Virus record (IMG/VR): IMGVR_UViG_3300013093_003863
Coordinates: 24,770 to 88,769 of that record
Strand: one strand, 5' to 3'
Source: a virus
Length of the DNA stretch: 64,000 bases
Shown here: positions 9,427 to 19,211 of the stretch, piece after piece
How the letters are laid out: each line of letters opens with the position of its first letter
Position numbering within the stretch: the stretch's first letter is position 1
Notes under the pieces: generated by a model
The model's database searches: none
Seen by the model: the letters and a program-made list of their open reading frames with translations, nothing else
What the model was told of the DNA's origin: nothing
Translations under genes and position numbers: made by a program

Positions 9427-10337
9427 TATTTGACTCCTGCGGCAGCATTTTGTTTTTGTGTTGCCTGTTTAACTGCTGTAGCAATTTGTTGTGATGCTTG
9501 TGGATCTAGTAGTGCCGGCCCAAGTTCATCAGTTACAGTGGCAGCAAACTTTTTAGCTTGTGGGCTCATGCCTTTTCCTGTTGCAGGATCAGCATTGGGA
9601 GTGTTTAAAAATTCAGCTCCACCGTTTGCCGCAGTAGGAACACCACCTACGGGCTTTTTACCAGTGGCTTGAGAAATTTTTTGTAAACCGGTTGTTATTG
9701 TTTGTTTTTGCTTTGCTGCCACCTGTGGATTTTGTTGTTGTCCACCTTGGGCTGGATTACTGGCTCCTGCTTCTTGAACGTAGGCCTTCCACTCGCGTGC
9801 AATAGCCTCTTCTATGCTTTCTTCGCAACCACCAACACCTTGTCCGGGACGAGGTGGGTTCTTGTCGGTGCCCTTCCAGTAACCACCAAATTTGGCACCA
9901 CGTGGATTATGTTCAGCCGCCGCCATACTGTCTTCGTTCTTGGGACGGATGTGATGTTTTTTCATGTTGATGGCCTTGGCAGCCTGTATCTGTGCCGGAC
10001 TAGCAGCTTCTGCTTGTGTCTGGGCCTGTTGATTTTGTGCAACTTGTTGGCTGGGTGGAGTTGTTGCCGGTGGTTTGAATGCAGTTGAGCCTATTTCTTT
10101 TTGCACTGTGTATGTTTTACCATCACTAGCCTTCATTTGCGTAAATGGTTGCAGAGCAAGTTGTTTGGCTACGTCTTGAGGATTGAACCCGTATTTTTTT
10201 GCAGCCGTATCCACATCCAAGTAATCCAACTGCTTGCCAGTTTGTGGATCGGATATGGCCACTGCCTTCATGCCCTGCGGAGCCATTTCATCTAACCGTT
10301 TGAATGTGTTTATGATATTGCTAAAATGCTGATCCAT
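9426..10337 (-). CDS. Hypothetical Gln/Ala-rich protein, probable virion protein
   Basis: 303 aa, coupled to neighbours by TAATG. Confidence 0.6.
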   Translation of the reverse strand: MDQHFSNIINTFKRLDEMAPQGMKAVAISDPQTGKQLDYLDVDTAAKKYGFNPQDVAKQLALQPFTQMKASDGKTYTVQKEIGSTAFKPPATTPPSQQVAQNQQAQTQAEAASPAQIQAAKAINMKKHHIRPKNEDSMAAAEHNPRGAKFGGYWKGTDKNPPRPGQGVGGCEESIEEAIAREWKAYVQEAGASNPAQGGQQQNPQVAAKQKQTITTGLQKISQATGKKPVGGVPTAANGGAEFLNTPNADPATGKGMSPQAKKFAATVTDELGPALLDPQASQQIATAVKQATQKQNAAAGVK

Positions 10338-11581
10338 TATTTTTTGGCCTTTGGTGGTTTGATATCGTGCTTGACGTTGCTTTGTCTATTGGAATAGCCT
10401 TGCAATCGTTTTTGCACTTGTGCCTTGGTCATGCCACCAGCACCCAATTCAGTAACAACGGTAGCAACTGAACTGCTTACAGTGGCACCAGAATCTTCAC
10501 TTAGTCGATTTAATTCTTGTTTGAGTTGTTGTCTTAACGACTTTGTTTCGTTAACACTCTCGCCTGCATGTTTAAAATATTGTACTTGACGTTCACGTTT
10601 TTCTGCACCGGCTCTAGTGGGATACTTGCCCAAATTCTTGTCGCCATGTTTGCTCTTTAACTCGTAACCGCCTTTGACTTTAACAATGTGCTCCTCCACA
10701 CCTTTCTTTAAAAAGTTAGGTATCTCTCCTGGTGCTTTACTTTTGTTCACGGGCTTTTGTGGTATATTATATTTAGGACCATCAAGTCGAGTGGCAAGTG
10801 GACCAAAGTGTTTACTGGCTTTGGGATCGACTTCTATACGTTTGCGATTGGGATAACTCAGTGATGTCTTTTCGTCGGCCCAACGTTGGCCTTCCGCCAT
10901 ACCTTGTGGTTGTTGTGCTGACTGATATAATTCGGGGTACGCTTTTCTAATATCAATAATAGCATCTTTTACAGTTTTGTTAGTTCTGTCGCCAACTTCT
11001 TGGCCTAGTACCTGTCTATTTTGTTTTACATACGTTAAAATATTTCTAACAGTATCAGCATCACGGCCCACTAACTCAAGTGCGTGTGCTCCGTCTCCGT
11101 GTGGATATAGTGCTTTTGACCAATTATGCCAGTCTGATTCTACAGGATTGTAGCCCTCTTCTATGCCTTCCCAATCACTTGGATCGTGTTCGCCATAATA
11201 GTAGTGCTCCATGGCCTCTTGACGGCTCCAGTGATATTTTTGCATTAGATGTTGTATTTTTCTTTCTGCTTCGTCTTCGTCATCAAGCATTTCATTAACA
11301 GTTTGTTCAGCATTGCCAATATTGAACGCAGGCAATCCGTCTTCGTGTTCTTTGTCCATTTCGTGTTGGCTCAATGCATAGTCCATGACAGTGACCATCA
11401 TTTCTTTAATAGCTCCGAGTTTTTCCTCGACCCATTCAGGTAAATGTTCGTTGTCGCTTAACGCACCTTCTAAGTGACTGGCTACACGTACAATGGTGTG
11501 CAAGGTGTTTTTGGCCATAGTTGCATCAGTGCCATCACTGGGTGCATCGGTAAATTCTTGTAAAAATTCTGTGGGTTTCAT
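10337..11581 (-). CDS. Modular hypothetical protein, probable virion/head cargo
   Basis: 414 aa; MKPTEFLQE N-terminus; QGMAEG linker; TAAATA upstream. Confidence 0.6.
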   Translation of the reverse strand: MKPTEFLQEFTDAPSDGTDATMAKNTLHTIVRVASHLEGALSDNEHLPEWVEEKLGAIKEMMVTVMDYALSQHEMDKEHEDGLPAFNIGNAEQTVNEMLDDEDEAERKIQHLMQKYHWSRQEAMEHYYYGEHDPSDWEGIEEGYNPVESDWHNWSKALYPHGDGAHALELVGRDADTVRNILTYVKQNRQVLGQEVGDRTNKTVKDAIIDIRKAYPELYQSAQQPQGMAEGQRWADEKTSLSYPNRKRIEVDPKASKHFGPLATRLDGPKYNIPQKPVNKSKAPGEIPNFLKKGVEEHIVKVKGGYELKSKHGDKNLGKYPTRAGAEKRERQVQYFKHAGESVNETKSLRQQLKQELNRLSEDSGATVSSSVATVVTELGAGGMTKAQVQKRLQGYSNRQSNVKHDIKPPKAKK

Positions 11582-11612
11582 CGTGATTCCTGAATATATT
11601 GTATATTTAGCG

Positions 11613-11891
11613 TTAAGTAGAAAACGTTAAATCTTGTGAATCTACAGTTTTGCTATCAACAGTTAAATTGCGAGGTCTAAATACAGTTTCAGCTCCGCAA
11701 CTTTCTATACGAACTTGGTGTGTGCCGGATTCGATATCGACTTCTAAGTTTTCTTGTATGAATATTTCGTATGCGGGCCAGATCCAACTGCGTTCGGTCA
11801 ATAAGTCATTGTCCACATACACACGATATGCCGGAGTACCGTGTTGTGTTGTATCACAGTAAACATCGAGCGTGATCACTGTGCGGGCCAT
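11613..11891 (-). CDS. Hypothetical beta-rich protein
   Basis: 92 aa ORF in operon context. Confidence 0.6.
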   Translation of the reverse strand: MARTVITLDVYCDTTQHGTPAYRVYVDNDLLTERSWIWPAYEIFIQENLEVDIESGTHQVRIESCGAETVFRPRNLTVDSKTVDSQDLTFST

Positions 11892-11892
11892 G

Positions 11893-13134
11893 TTACATGG
11901 CTCCTAACTTTCTACCCACAATTATTTCCAGTTTCTTTTGTTCAAGTTCTTTTAGTTTTGGAGCATACGCACGTTCAGCTTCGGGATCGCCTTTGACCAT
12001 GTTTTGAATACTGTTGATACGCATGTCGATCATGTCTAATAGATTTTGTTTGGCTCGAGCAAGGCCACTATCAAAACTATCATTTTCTTTCAAGCCCCGA
12101 CCCACGGTATTTTTAACTGGTGTTTGGCCAGTTTTGGGTGCTTTAACTCCGGTCAAATGAAGTGCCTTCATTTCGTCGCCCAATGTCTTGCCAGTTACTG
12201 CATTTTGATCGCCAGCAGTGCTCATTACATAGCGTGGATCATTCCCGCCTTTGACCACACCAACCCCGCCCATTTCACTGACTAGAGAATTGGCTCGCTT
12301 GGCACTCTTTTTAACCTCCATACCACCTGCAGGTTCAGCCGGTGCCGGTAACCGTGTAGCGGTCTTTGCTGGTGGTGTCCCGGCAACAGGTTCGGCTCCC
12401 GAATCCGGGGTTATTTTATTGAATATGTGTACCAGCTCGGGAGTGGCACGTCCATATAATGCCTTTAAGAAAGCATCACGTTGCTTGGGGTCGTTTCTAA
12501 CTTGGTTGTAGACTGCACGGCATTCGGTGCCATGACTGATATCCACTATTTCACCATTTACAGTAAACGGCACTTTCTTTTCGGGAACAACCAGCACATA
12601 AGCATGTCCTTCACCTACAGTAACAGTGTCAGTTAGATTCTTTGGTAATGTTTTAAACGGCTTTTCGTCGCCCACTGCTTTTCCCGGGGGAATAGTGGCT
12701 CGACGTCCTGTGGGCGTAAACTCTTGATAAAAGCTATCAACTTCCAAACGTTCTTTGTCGGGAGCACCAACGGCAAAAATTAAAACTGTAGAGTTTGTAT
12801 CGATTCCAGCAGCCGCTACCACTGAATCTATCCCGTAAGGATCATTGACCAATAGTATTTGATGATCGTTGACTCCAGCTGCCTTCATGAGCTGGATTTT
12901 TTCATTGGCGTTAAACGGATTCTTGGGAAGTGATTTCTTGTCGTATTTTTGTCCCGATGCTATTTTGTCTTGAACTGTATTGGGACTAGTGGTAATACGC
13001 ACATTGTCAGCACCAAATTTGGCCTGCAACAGTTTTAGTACAGCAAGATGCCCTTGATGAAAGGGCTGAAAGCGTCCGGGATAAGCTACCAGTACACGAC
13101 GCTCTTGTGCTTCAAATAATTCAGTGACAAACAT
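11893..13134 (-). CDS. HIGH-family cytidylyltransferase-like nucleotidyltransferase with C-terminal extension
   Basis: YPGRFQPFHQGH motif; NPF...EK motif. Confidence 0.75.
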   Translation of the reverse strand: MFVTELFEAQERRVLVAYPGRFQPFHQGHLAVLKLLQAKFGADNVRITTSPNTVQDKIASGQKYDKKSLPKNPFNANEKIQLMKAAGVNDHQILLVNDPYGIDSVVAAAGIDTNSTVLIFAVGAPDKERLEVDSFYQEFTPTGRRATIPPGKAVGDEKPFKTLPKNLTDTVTVGEGHAYVLVVPEKKVPFTVNGEIVDISHGTECRAVYNQVRNDPKQRDAFLKALYGRATPELVHIFNKITPDSGAEPVAGTPPAKTATRLPAPAEPAGGMEVKKSAKRANSLVSEMGGVGVVKGGNDPRYVMSTAGDQNAVTGKTLGDEMKALHLTGVKAPKTGQTPVKNTVGRGLKENDSFDSGLARAKQNLLDMIDMRINSIQNMVKGDPEAERAYAPKLKELEQKKLEIIVGRKLGAM

Positions 13135-13162
13135 AGTAATATTCTCTATTACTATATTTAGT

Positions 13163-13609
13163 TTATATTGTTTCTAACAACCAAATATAAAACGGACAAG
13201 CAAACGGCAGTTCCCATGCACCGTTCCAGCCGAGATCCACACATCGGGTCAACACAGGACGATCAGGATCATCGGCACGAAATTGAGTCTTGAAAACTAA
13301 TATACTGTCCAAGTCAACTTCGTCAATCGTGATTTTTTTAATGTTCAGCAGCATGTCCTTGACTATTGCAGTCTTGTCGGCATTTTCCACAGTGTCGTCA
13401 TTGGTTTTATTTTCCAATCGGATCTTGAGCATGTGATCGGTTTCGGCAAGCTCGAGATCGAATTCGATTGTTTCAACTTCGCCACTGGGATTTTTAACCA
13501 AAGCCCTGACAATTTCTGTATCATCCACCAGGATCGAGTACTCGGGCACCTTGTGCCAATAAGTACCTCCCAGTGTGATTTTGAAATGAAGTTTTTCGGT
13601 CTTGGACAT
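13163..13609 (-). CDS. Hypothetical protein
   Basis: 148 aa ORF in operon context. Confidence 0.6.
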   Translation of the reverse strand: MSKTEKLHFKITLGGTYWHKVPEYSILVDDTEIVRALVKNPSGEVETIEFDLELAETDHMLKIRLENKTNDDTVENADKTAIVKDMLLNIKKITIDEVDLDSILVFKTQFRADDPDRPVLTRCVDLGWNGAWELPFACPFYIWLLETI

Positions 13610-13611
13610 GA

Positions 13612-14496
13612 TTACGCCGGTGTTGGAGCAGCTTCTAGTTTTTGTCCTTGTGCAGCCAGGGTATCTTCAATGATGCCCATGCTTCCACGCTCGGCAATTT
13701 TTAGTTTGTCCAAGTCTCCGGCATACTCGTAGTGTCCCACGTGATTCAACAACACTTTGCTGTGTGCCCAAATCTCGCCACCTAGTTCTTGCCAGCGTCG
13801 GCAAAACAACCAATCTTCGCTCAAGTAGTGTCCACGCTCGTCGATCTTGCAATCAAAGATACTATACATCATGGGCTCGAATTGTTTGCCTAGGCCCACA
13901 TCGTCGACATATTTTGTTTCGGGATGTGCCTTGATCAAGTCTTCGTATACCTTGCGTTTGAACATCAAGAAGCCGGTGCCCATGGTGTCCACTGTAAAGA
14001 TATCGCCTTGAATCTTGGTTTCGGGTTTGAGATTGATAACATAATTGACTGGCAAGGCTTTCTTGGGATACAGGCCACCGATCACGTCTTTCTCGTATGC
14101 CATCATTTGCAGTATGGACTCGGGCTGGAATCTAATATCAGCATCAATAAACATAAAGTGAGTGGCTTGAGTATTGGTCATCATCTTGGCCATCAAGTTG
14201 TTGCGTGCACGTGTCACCAAACTCTCGTTTACCATGGTGTCCAAGCTCCAGTTTAGACCGGCTTGTTGTGCCAACAAAATAAAGCGTAACAAGCTGGTCA
14301 TTGTGGGTTCACTTACCATACCACCATAACAAGGAATACCAATGTGCAAATGATTCTTTCTAAAATCATACGGGGTACCTTGTGGTTGAGGTTGTTGTGC
14401 CTGTGCAGCTTGTGCAGCCTGTTTGGCAGCAGCAGCCTTGATCAAAGCCACGGCATCGTTTTGACTCTTTTTAGCGTCAGGTTTTTTAGTACTCAT
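13612..14496 (-). CDS. GT-A fold glycosyltransferase-like protein
   Basis: IGIPCYGG, ESLVTRARN, FMFIDADI (DxD), GTGFLM, YLSEDWLFC; start reassigned to MSTKK. Confidence 0.75.
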   Translation of the reverse strand: MSTKKPDAKKSQNDAVALIKAAAAKQAAQAAQAQQPQPQGTPYDFRKNHLHIGIPCYGGMVSEPTMTSLLRFILLAQQAGLNWSLDTMVNESLVTRARNNLMAKMMTNTQATHFMFIDADIRFQPESILQMMAYEKDVIGGLYPKKALPVNYVINLKPETKIQGDIFTVDTMGTGFLMFKRKVYEDLIKAHPETKYVDDVGLGKQFEPMMYSIFDCKIDERGHYLSEDWLFCRRWQELGGEIWAHSKVLLNHVGHYEYAGDLDKLKIAERGSMGIIEDTLAAQGQKLEAAPTPA

Positions 14497-14518
14497 GTTT
14501 TCCTTTTTGGTTAATTGA

Positions 14519-14695
14519 TTATGCTTTGCTAACTTCGACAACAACTCCGTTGCCAAGTAATTCTTCGGCCACTGATGCCAATGCTGACATTGTATCTTCT
14601 GATACAATATCGCTATCAGTGACAGTAGCTTCAGGTGTGTTTTTGTGCAATTTGCTAACTGTGATAACGATCACTTCTTCTTGAATCCGTGCCAT
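14519..14695 (-). CDS. Small hypothetical protein (absent from ORF track)
   Basis: MARIQEEVIVITVSKL...VVEVSKA, 58 aa; GGAG SD and TAAATA upstream. Confidence 0.6.
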   Translation of the reverse strand: MARIQEEVIVITVSKLHKNTPEATVTDSDIVSEDTMSALASVAEELLGNGVVVEVSKA

Positions 14696-14727
14696 CATGC
14701 ACTCCTTGAATTATATACAGATATTTA

Positions 14728-15432
14728 TTAGGCCTGTACAACCTCGTGAATTTTTCCCACTATACCCGGACTCATTAAAGAGAGCATGGTCACAACGCCC
14801 AAATCATTGGTGTAGAAAAAAGCTCCCCACATGCCTGGATAGGGTCGTTTCAAATTGTGTCTTAACCCGGCAGTGAGTTTTACATCTTCTTGACTTTCTA
14901 ATAGATTAAGCATTTGTTCTTTTAGTAGCAAATCGTAAGTGCCATCTCTCAACAGTATCTTATATTTAAAAGGTATTTTTGGAGCAATGATTACATCTGA
15001 ACAGAGCAATTCTTCTGTGCCTGCCCGCGGACCAGTTATAGCCCGAATGCAACTATAAGTCGATAAGATTTTTGCTACTGATTTTAAATCATTTTCGTCT
15101 TTTGTATAAAATTGAACATTAGAATCTTCAATACGAGTTTTTGTAAGAGATACAAAATTTTCTTTCAGTGTCCTGATACTTTTTAATAAACCAAAATCGA
15201 CTTTATCGTACCTATCGGCTTGTGCTTTGTGTCGCCAACTGCCGCCCCAATTGCTTCGATTTTGAGCTTGAAGTTTCAATAGTTCTACGGCACGTTCGGT
15301 ATTATCATAACAAGCCACTTGAGCACAGTCGGCATGTATTTCCATACGCCAAAGATACTGACCCCAGAATCGTTTCTTGGTCTCTTTGAACTTGATACCG
15401 TAATTAAGACTGTTCCAGAATGATGTATCCAT
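14728..15432 (-). CDS. Hypothetical protein
   Basis: 234 aa from MDTSFW, overlapping the ClpA 3' end. Confidence 0.55.
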   Translation of the reverse strand: MDTSFWNSLNYGIKFKETKKRFWGQYLWRMEIHADCAQVACYDNTERAVELLKLQAQNRSNWGGSWRHKAQADRYDKVDFGLLKSIRTLKENFVSLTKTRIEDSNVQFYTKDENDLKSVAKILSTYSCIRAITGPRAGTEELLCSDVIIAPKIPFKYKILLRDGTYDLLLKEQMLNLLESQEDVKLTAGLRHNLKRPYPGMWGAFFYTNDLGVVTMLSLMSPGIVGKIHEVVQA

Positions 15433-17683
15433 TTTCGTCCACAGTAGGTTGTTGAAGTTGCATTTTGGGCGAGAATATAAATTCACCAGCATAGTCAACT
15501 TCAATTACAGTATCACGTGCAACACTTTCAAACAAGATCTTTTTACTCAGTGGTACTTTGATCAAATCATTTATCTTGCGTGCCAAGGGCCTTGCACCCA
15601 TTTTGCTATCGTAGCCGACCGCGGCCAATCGATCAACTGCAGCCTCGGTCAACGTGATCTTGATTGCTTTTTCGCTCAACAACTCGTTGACTTCGTTGAT
15701 AAATTTAATAACAATTTTTTTGATACTAACTTGTGTAAGTCGATTGAACTTGCAAACACTGTCCAGTCTATTGCGGAATTCGGGTCTAAAGAATTCTTTG
15801 ACTGCTCGGTCGTCTTCGTCGGTCTTTTGCAGTTCGGTACTAAATCCAATGGTGTTACGCTCGTTGTCGCTGGCACCCAAGTTGCTGGTTAGAATAACAA
15901 TACAGTTACGTGCGTCGGCTTTCTTGCCGTTGCTGCTGGTAATTATTCCTTCGTCCATGAGTGCCAGCAACACATTCATTACATCGGGATGTGCTTTCTC
16001 AACTTCGTCAAACAGGATAACCGAGTTGGGATTCTTTTCAATATCGCTGATTAACATGCCACCTCCCAAGTTGCCGTCATCGTAGCCCACATACCCGGGA
16101 GGAGCACCGATCAATTTGGCCATGCTGTGTTTTTCTTGATACTCGCTCATGTCGTAACGCAACATTCGCATGCCCATACCTTCGGCAAGCAATTTGGCCA
16201 GTTCGGTTTTACCAGTGCCGGTTGGTCCCAAGAACAAAAAGTTGCCCACTGGCTTGTTGAGACTTTTTAAGCCGGCTCGTGCCACGTAGATCTTTTCCAA
16301 TACTGTGTCAACTACACTATCTTGTCCGTACAGTTTTGTCTTGATAGTGTCTTCCAGTCCCACCAGGCTCTTGGTACTTTCGCTACCAATTTGTTCGGCC
16401 GGTATCTTGATAAATTTACTGATAACATCCACTATGTTGCTTTTGGTAACAGTCCAATCCACGGCATGTATTTTCAATCGTGCTGCTGCTGTGTCGACGA
16501 GATCAATGGCTTTGTCAGGCAAACGTCGATCTGTTTGATAACGTACACTGAGATCAACAGCAGCTTCAATGGCATCGTCACCGATCTTGCCACCATGAAA
16601 TGCTTCAAAATATTCTCGTAGATTGTACAAGATTTCTTTTGCCACTGTGGGAGTGGGCTCTTCAACAACAATTCTACAGAACCTACGCATCAAGGCACGA
16701 TCCTTTTCAAAACTCTGTGTGTACTCTTCCCAGGTGGTACTGGCCAAGACCTTGATACTGCCCTTGGACAAGGCCGGTTTGATCATGTTGGCAAAGTCCA
16801 CACCTGATCCGCTACTGCCCGATCCGGCACCACGCATTTGATGTGCTTCGTCAATGAACAAAACACATTTGCCTTTTAGTTGCAGTGCCGCAATTACGTC
16901 TTTGAACTTTTCTTCAAACTCGCCGCGATATTTGCTTCCGGCAAGCAAATTGCCAATATCTAGATTGTAAACAGTGTAGTCTTTCAAGTAATCGGGGCAG
17001 TCACCATTCACAATGTTACGTGCCAGGCCTTCGGCAATGGCAGTTTTACCTACACCGGCATCGCCTACCAGTAACACGTTGCTTTTGTTACGCTTGGCCA
17101 AAACTTGTGCTATTTCATCTAGTTCAAAGTCTCTGCCCACCACCGGATCAATTTTGCCTTCTTTGGCCTGTACATTTAAATTTTCACAGTACTCTCTCAG
17201 TATCTCATCGGCTCGAACATTGTTTGTTCTACGTGCCGGTCTTGCTTCGGTATAGTTGTTACGATAAAATTCAATTAGTTCTAGTTTGTTGATGCCGTAT
17301 TTGTTGAAAAAGTAACTGGCATGACTATTGGCTTCGGCAGCAATACTCAAAAATATATCAATTACTTGAGCATGGCTACGACCCGAAAACATCACTTGTG
17401 TCAGTGCACGATTAAACACACGTTCTAGGCTTTGTGTTTTCTTTGGTGTTGTATTTTCTTCTGTGGTGATAATGTAGGTTTGTTTGTGCAAGTATTCTTC
17501 TAGATCAGTTGCCAATCCAGCAACATCGATCCCGAAGTTGGCCAACAATTCGTTGAACGGTTTAAACACTATTAAACCATGTGCAAGATGTTCGAGTGTT
17601 ACATATTCATGATTGTGTTGTTTGGCCAATTCGGTGGCATTTTGTATTACCACTTCAATTTCGGGATTTGTATGTAAGCTCAT
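15404..17683 (-). CDS. clpA: ATP-dependent Clp protease ATP-binding subunit ClpA
   Basis: Clp N domain; GDAGVGKT and GPTGTGKT Walker A motifs; LIGAPPGYVG; IGF loop; no ClpB coiled coil. Confidence 0.93.
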   Translation of the reverse strand: MSLHTNPEIEVVIQNATELAKQHNHEYVTLEHLAHGLIVFKPFNELLANFGIDVAGLATDLEEYLHKQTYIITTEENTTPKKTQSLERVFNRALTQVMFSGRSHAQVIDIFLSIAAEANSHASYFFNKYGINKLELIEFYRNNYTEARPARRTNNVRADEILREYCENLNVQAKEGKIDPVVGRDFELDEIAQVLAKRNKSNVLLVGDAGVGKTAIAEGLARNIVNGDCPDYLKDYTVYNLDIGNLLAGSKYRGEFEEKFKDVIAALQLKGKCVLFIDEAHQMRGAGSGSSGSGVDFANMIKPALSKGSIKVLASTTWEEYTQSFEKDRALMRRFCRIVVEEPTPTVAKEILYNLREYFEAFHGGKIGDDAIEAAVDLSVRYQTDRRLPDKAIDLVDTAAARLKIHAVDWTVTKSNIVDVISKFIKIPAEQIGSESTKSLVGLEDTIKTKLYGQDSVVDTVLEKIYVARAGLKSLNKPVGNFLFLGPTGTGKTELAKLLAEGMGMRMLRYDMSEYQEKHSMAKLIGAPPGYVGYDDGNLGGGMLISDIEKNPNSVILFDEVEKAHPDVMNVLLALMDEGIITSSNGKKADARNCIVILTSNLGASDNERNTIGFSTELQKTDEDDRAVKEFFRPEFRNRLDSVCKFNRLTQVSIKKIVIKFINEVNELLSEKAIKITLTEAAVDRLAAVGYDSKMGARPLARKINDLIKVPLSKKILFESVARDTVIEVDYAGEFIFSPKMQLQQPTVDENGYIILEQS

Positions 17684-17691
17684 AAAAATAT

Positions 17692-18534
17692 TTAGTTAGA
17701 GTTGAGTATGTTTTGGATAGTGTCAAGTTGTTGTTGATCGAGATTTTTAGGAACAGTCACAGTCATCTCGGCATATAAATCTCCTCGATGTTCTGAATGC
17801 ATTTGATATATTCCCTGTTGTGCCAATCTGAATTTAACGTTGGGTTGTGTACCCGGTGGAATAGCAATGGTAAATTTTTTATTGTCAAGACCAACAACTT
17901 CGGCAACACCGCCTACTATTGCAGTTAAACAGTTTACACTAAACCGGGTGTGTAAGTCAATGCCATTTGATACATGAAAATTGTCGTTGGCATGAACTGT
18001 TATCTGCACAAACAAATCGCCACGCGGCAAAGTATTAAACATATTATCGCCAAGTCCGGGATATTTTATTTGAGTTCCGCTTGTTACTCCACGTGGAACC
18101 ATGACTTCTACTGCTTCTCTTGTGCCAGTGGTGGTTTGTATGCTAATTGTCTTGGCTTGCTCGTGCAAGGTTTCTGCTAGACTAATTGGCAATTCGATCC
18201 GTAAATCTTTATTGCGTCTCTGTTGTTGTGGACGTAAATGTGCAAAAGGATCGTTTCCAAATCCAAAGTTTTTGAATATTTCTTGTATGTCGGGATGCCC
18301 GCCATTGTGCCAAGTAAAGTGTACTCCGCCGGAGCCGGGATTGCGACGCTCGTGGTCATAGCGTTGACGTCGGTCACTATCGGACAAAGTATCATACGCA
18401 GTTTGAATCTCTTGAAATTTTTGAGTATCTCCGCCTTTATCGGGATGATGCTGGCTGGCCAATTTTCGGTAAGCTCGTTTGATTTCATCGGTTCCGGCAG
18501 ATTCTTCAACACCTAGTGTTTCATAATGAGTCAT
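17692..18534 (-). CDS. dnaJ: DnaJ-class co-chaperone (CbpA-like, no zinc finger)
   Basis: J domain with HPD; C-terminal GDL substrate-binding repeats. Confidence 0.9.
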   Translation of the reverse strand: MTHYETLGVEESAGTDEIKRAYRKLASQHHPDKGGDTQKFQEIQTAYDTLSDSDRRQRYDHERRNPGSGGVHFTWHNGGHPDIQEIFKNFGFGNDPFAHLRPQQQRRNKDLRIELPISLAETLHEQAKTISIQTTTGTREAVEVMVPRGVTSGTQIKYPGLGDNMFNTLPRGDLFVQITVHANDNFHVSNGIDLHTRFSVNCLTAIVGGVAEVVGLDNKKFTIAIPPGTQPNVKFRLAQQGIYQMHSEHRGDLYAEMTVTVPKNLDQQQLDTIQNILNSN

Positions 18535-18540
18535 AGTATT

Positions 18541-18569
18541 ATTATAAATGAAAAACCGGACAGAGTCAA
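18541..18569 (-). promoter_or_regulatory. sigma70-type promoter for dnaJ (predicted leaderless transcript)
   Basis: TTGACT-17-TATAAT, with ATG 7 nt downstream of the -10. Confidence 0.65.
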
Positions 18570-18579
18570 CATGTCCGGT
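18555..18579 (-). terminator. Probable intrinsic terminator after holin candidate
   Basis: ACCGGACA/TGTCCGGT stem followed by a T-run on minus strand. Confidence 0.55.
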
Positions 18580-18597
18580 TATATTGTAGTCGAAAAA

Positions 18598-19200
18598 CTA
18601 CGCAGTGCCGGCTTTCTTTTCCATTGTTCGGCCAAATGCACTTACGCCCAGTATACCACCAAACGCCAAGTGGATAAGTCCACCGTTGCTGAGTGTTAGA
18701 CTCTGCCAAGCAGTATAGCCCATTTGAACCCCAAATCCCTTTTCAATGATGGGCAAGAACATGCTGATCATGGGAAAGGCCACAAAGTCCATGAAACAGA
18801 TCAGCATGTACAACCAACCCATTGCCGGACGCCAAAAACTCTTCATCCAGTGTTCGGGCTCTTTGCCCTCACTGGCCGCCATTAAGTTACCAAATGCAGC
18901 GGTTGTGTTAGCATCTGGAGCAACTGGTTGTTGTCCAAATCCTGTTCGTGACTGCCCAAACCCTCCGCCAAACCCACCTGTGCTCATACTGTTACCCAAT
19001 GGCACATTGCCATTACCAAATCCGCCGGGAGCGGATGATCCAAAGTTGGATTGTGTGGGAGTGGCATTAAACACGGGTGCTGGTGTTGGTTGAGCAGGAG
19101 CACTACTTGTAAACAAACTAGGGGCTTTACTGGTTTGTGCCGCAGCTATGTCGGCACTTGTTGGGTGTTGACCTTCGTCATCGGGATCTAATTTTGGCAT
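18598..19200 (-). CDS. Holin-like membrane protein with long low-complexity N-terminus
   Basis: WRPAMGWLYM...TM...HLAFGGILGVSAFGRTMEK resembles 3TM GTA-type holin; sits at the end of the lysis cassette. Confidence 0.55.
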   Translation of the reverse strand: MPKLDPDDEGQHPTSADIAAAQTSKAPSLFTSSAPAQPTPAPVFNATPTQSNFGSSAPGGFGNGNVPLGNSMSTGGFGGGFGQSRTGFGQQPVAPDANTTAAFGNLMAASEGKEPEHWMKSFWRPAMGWLYMLICFMDFVAFPMISMFLPIIEKGFGVQMGYTAWQSLTLSNGGLIHLAFGGILGVSAFGRTMEKKAGTA

Positions 19201-19211
19201 TTTGTTTTCCT

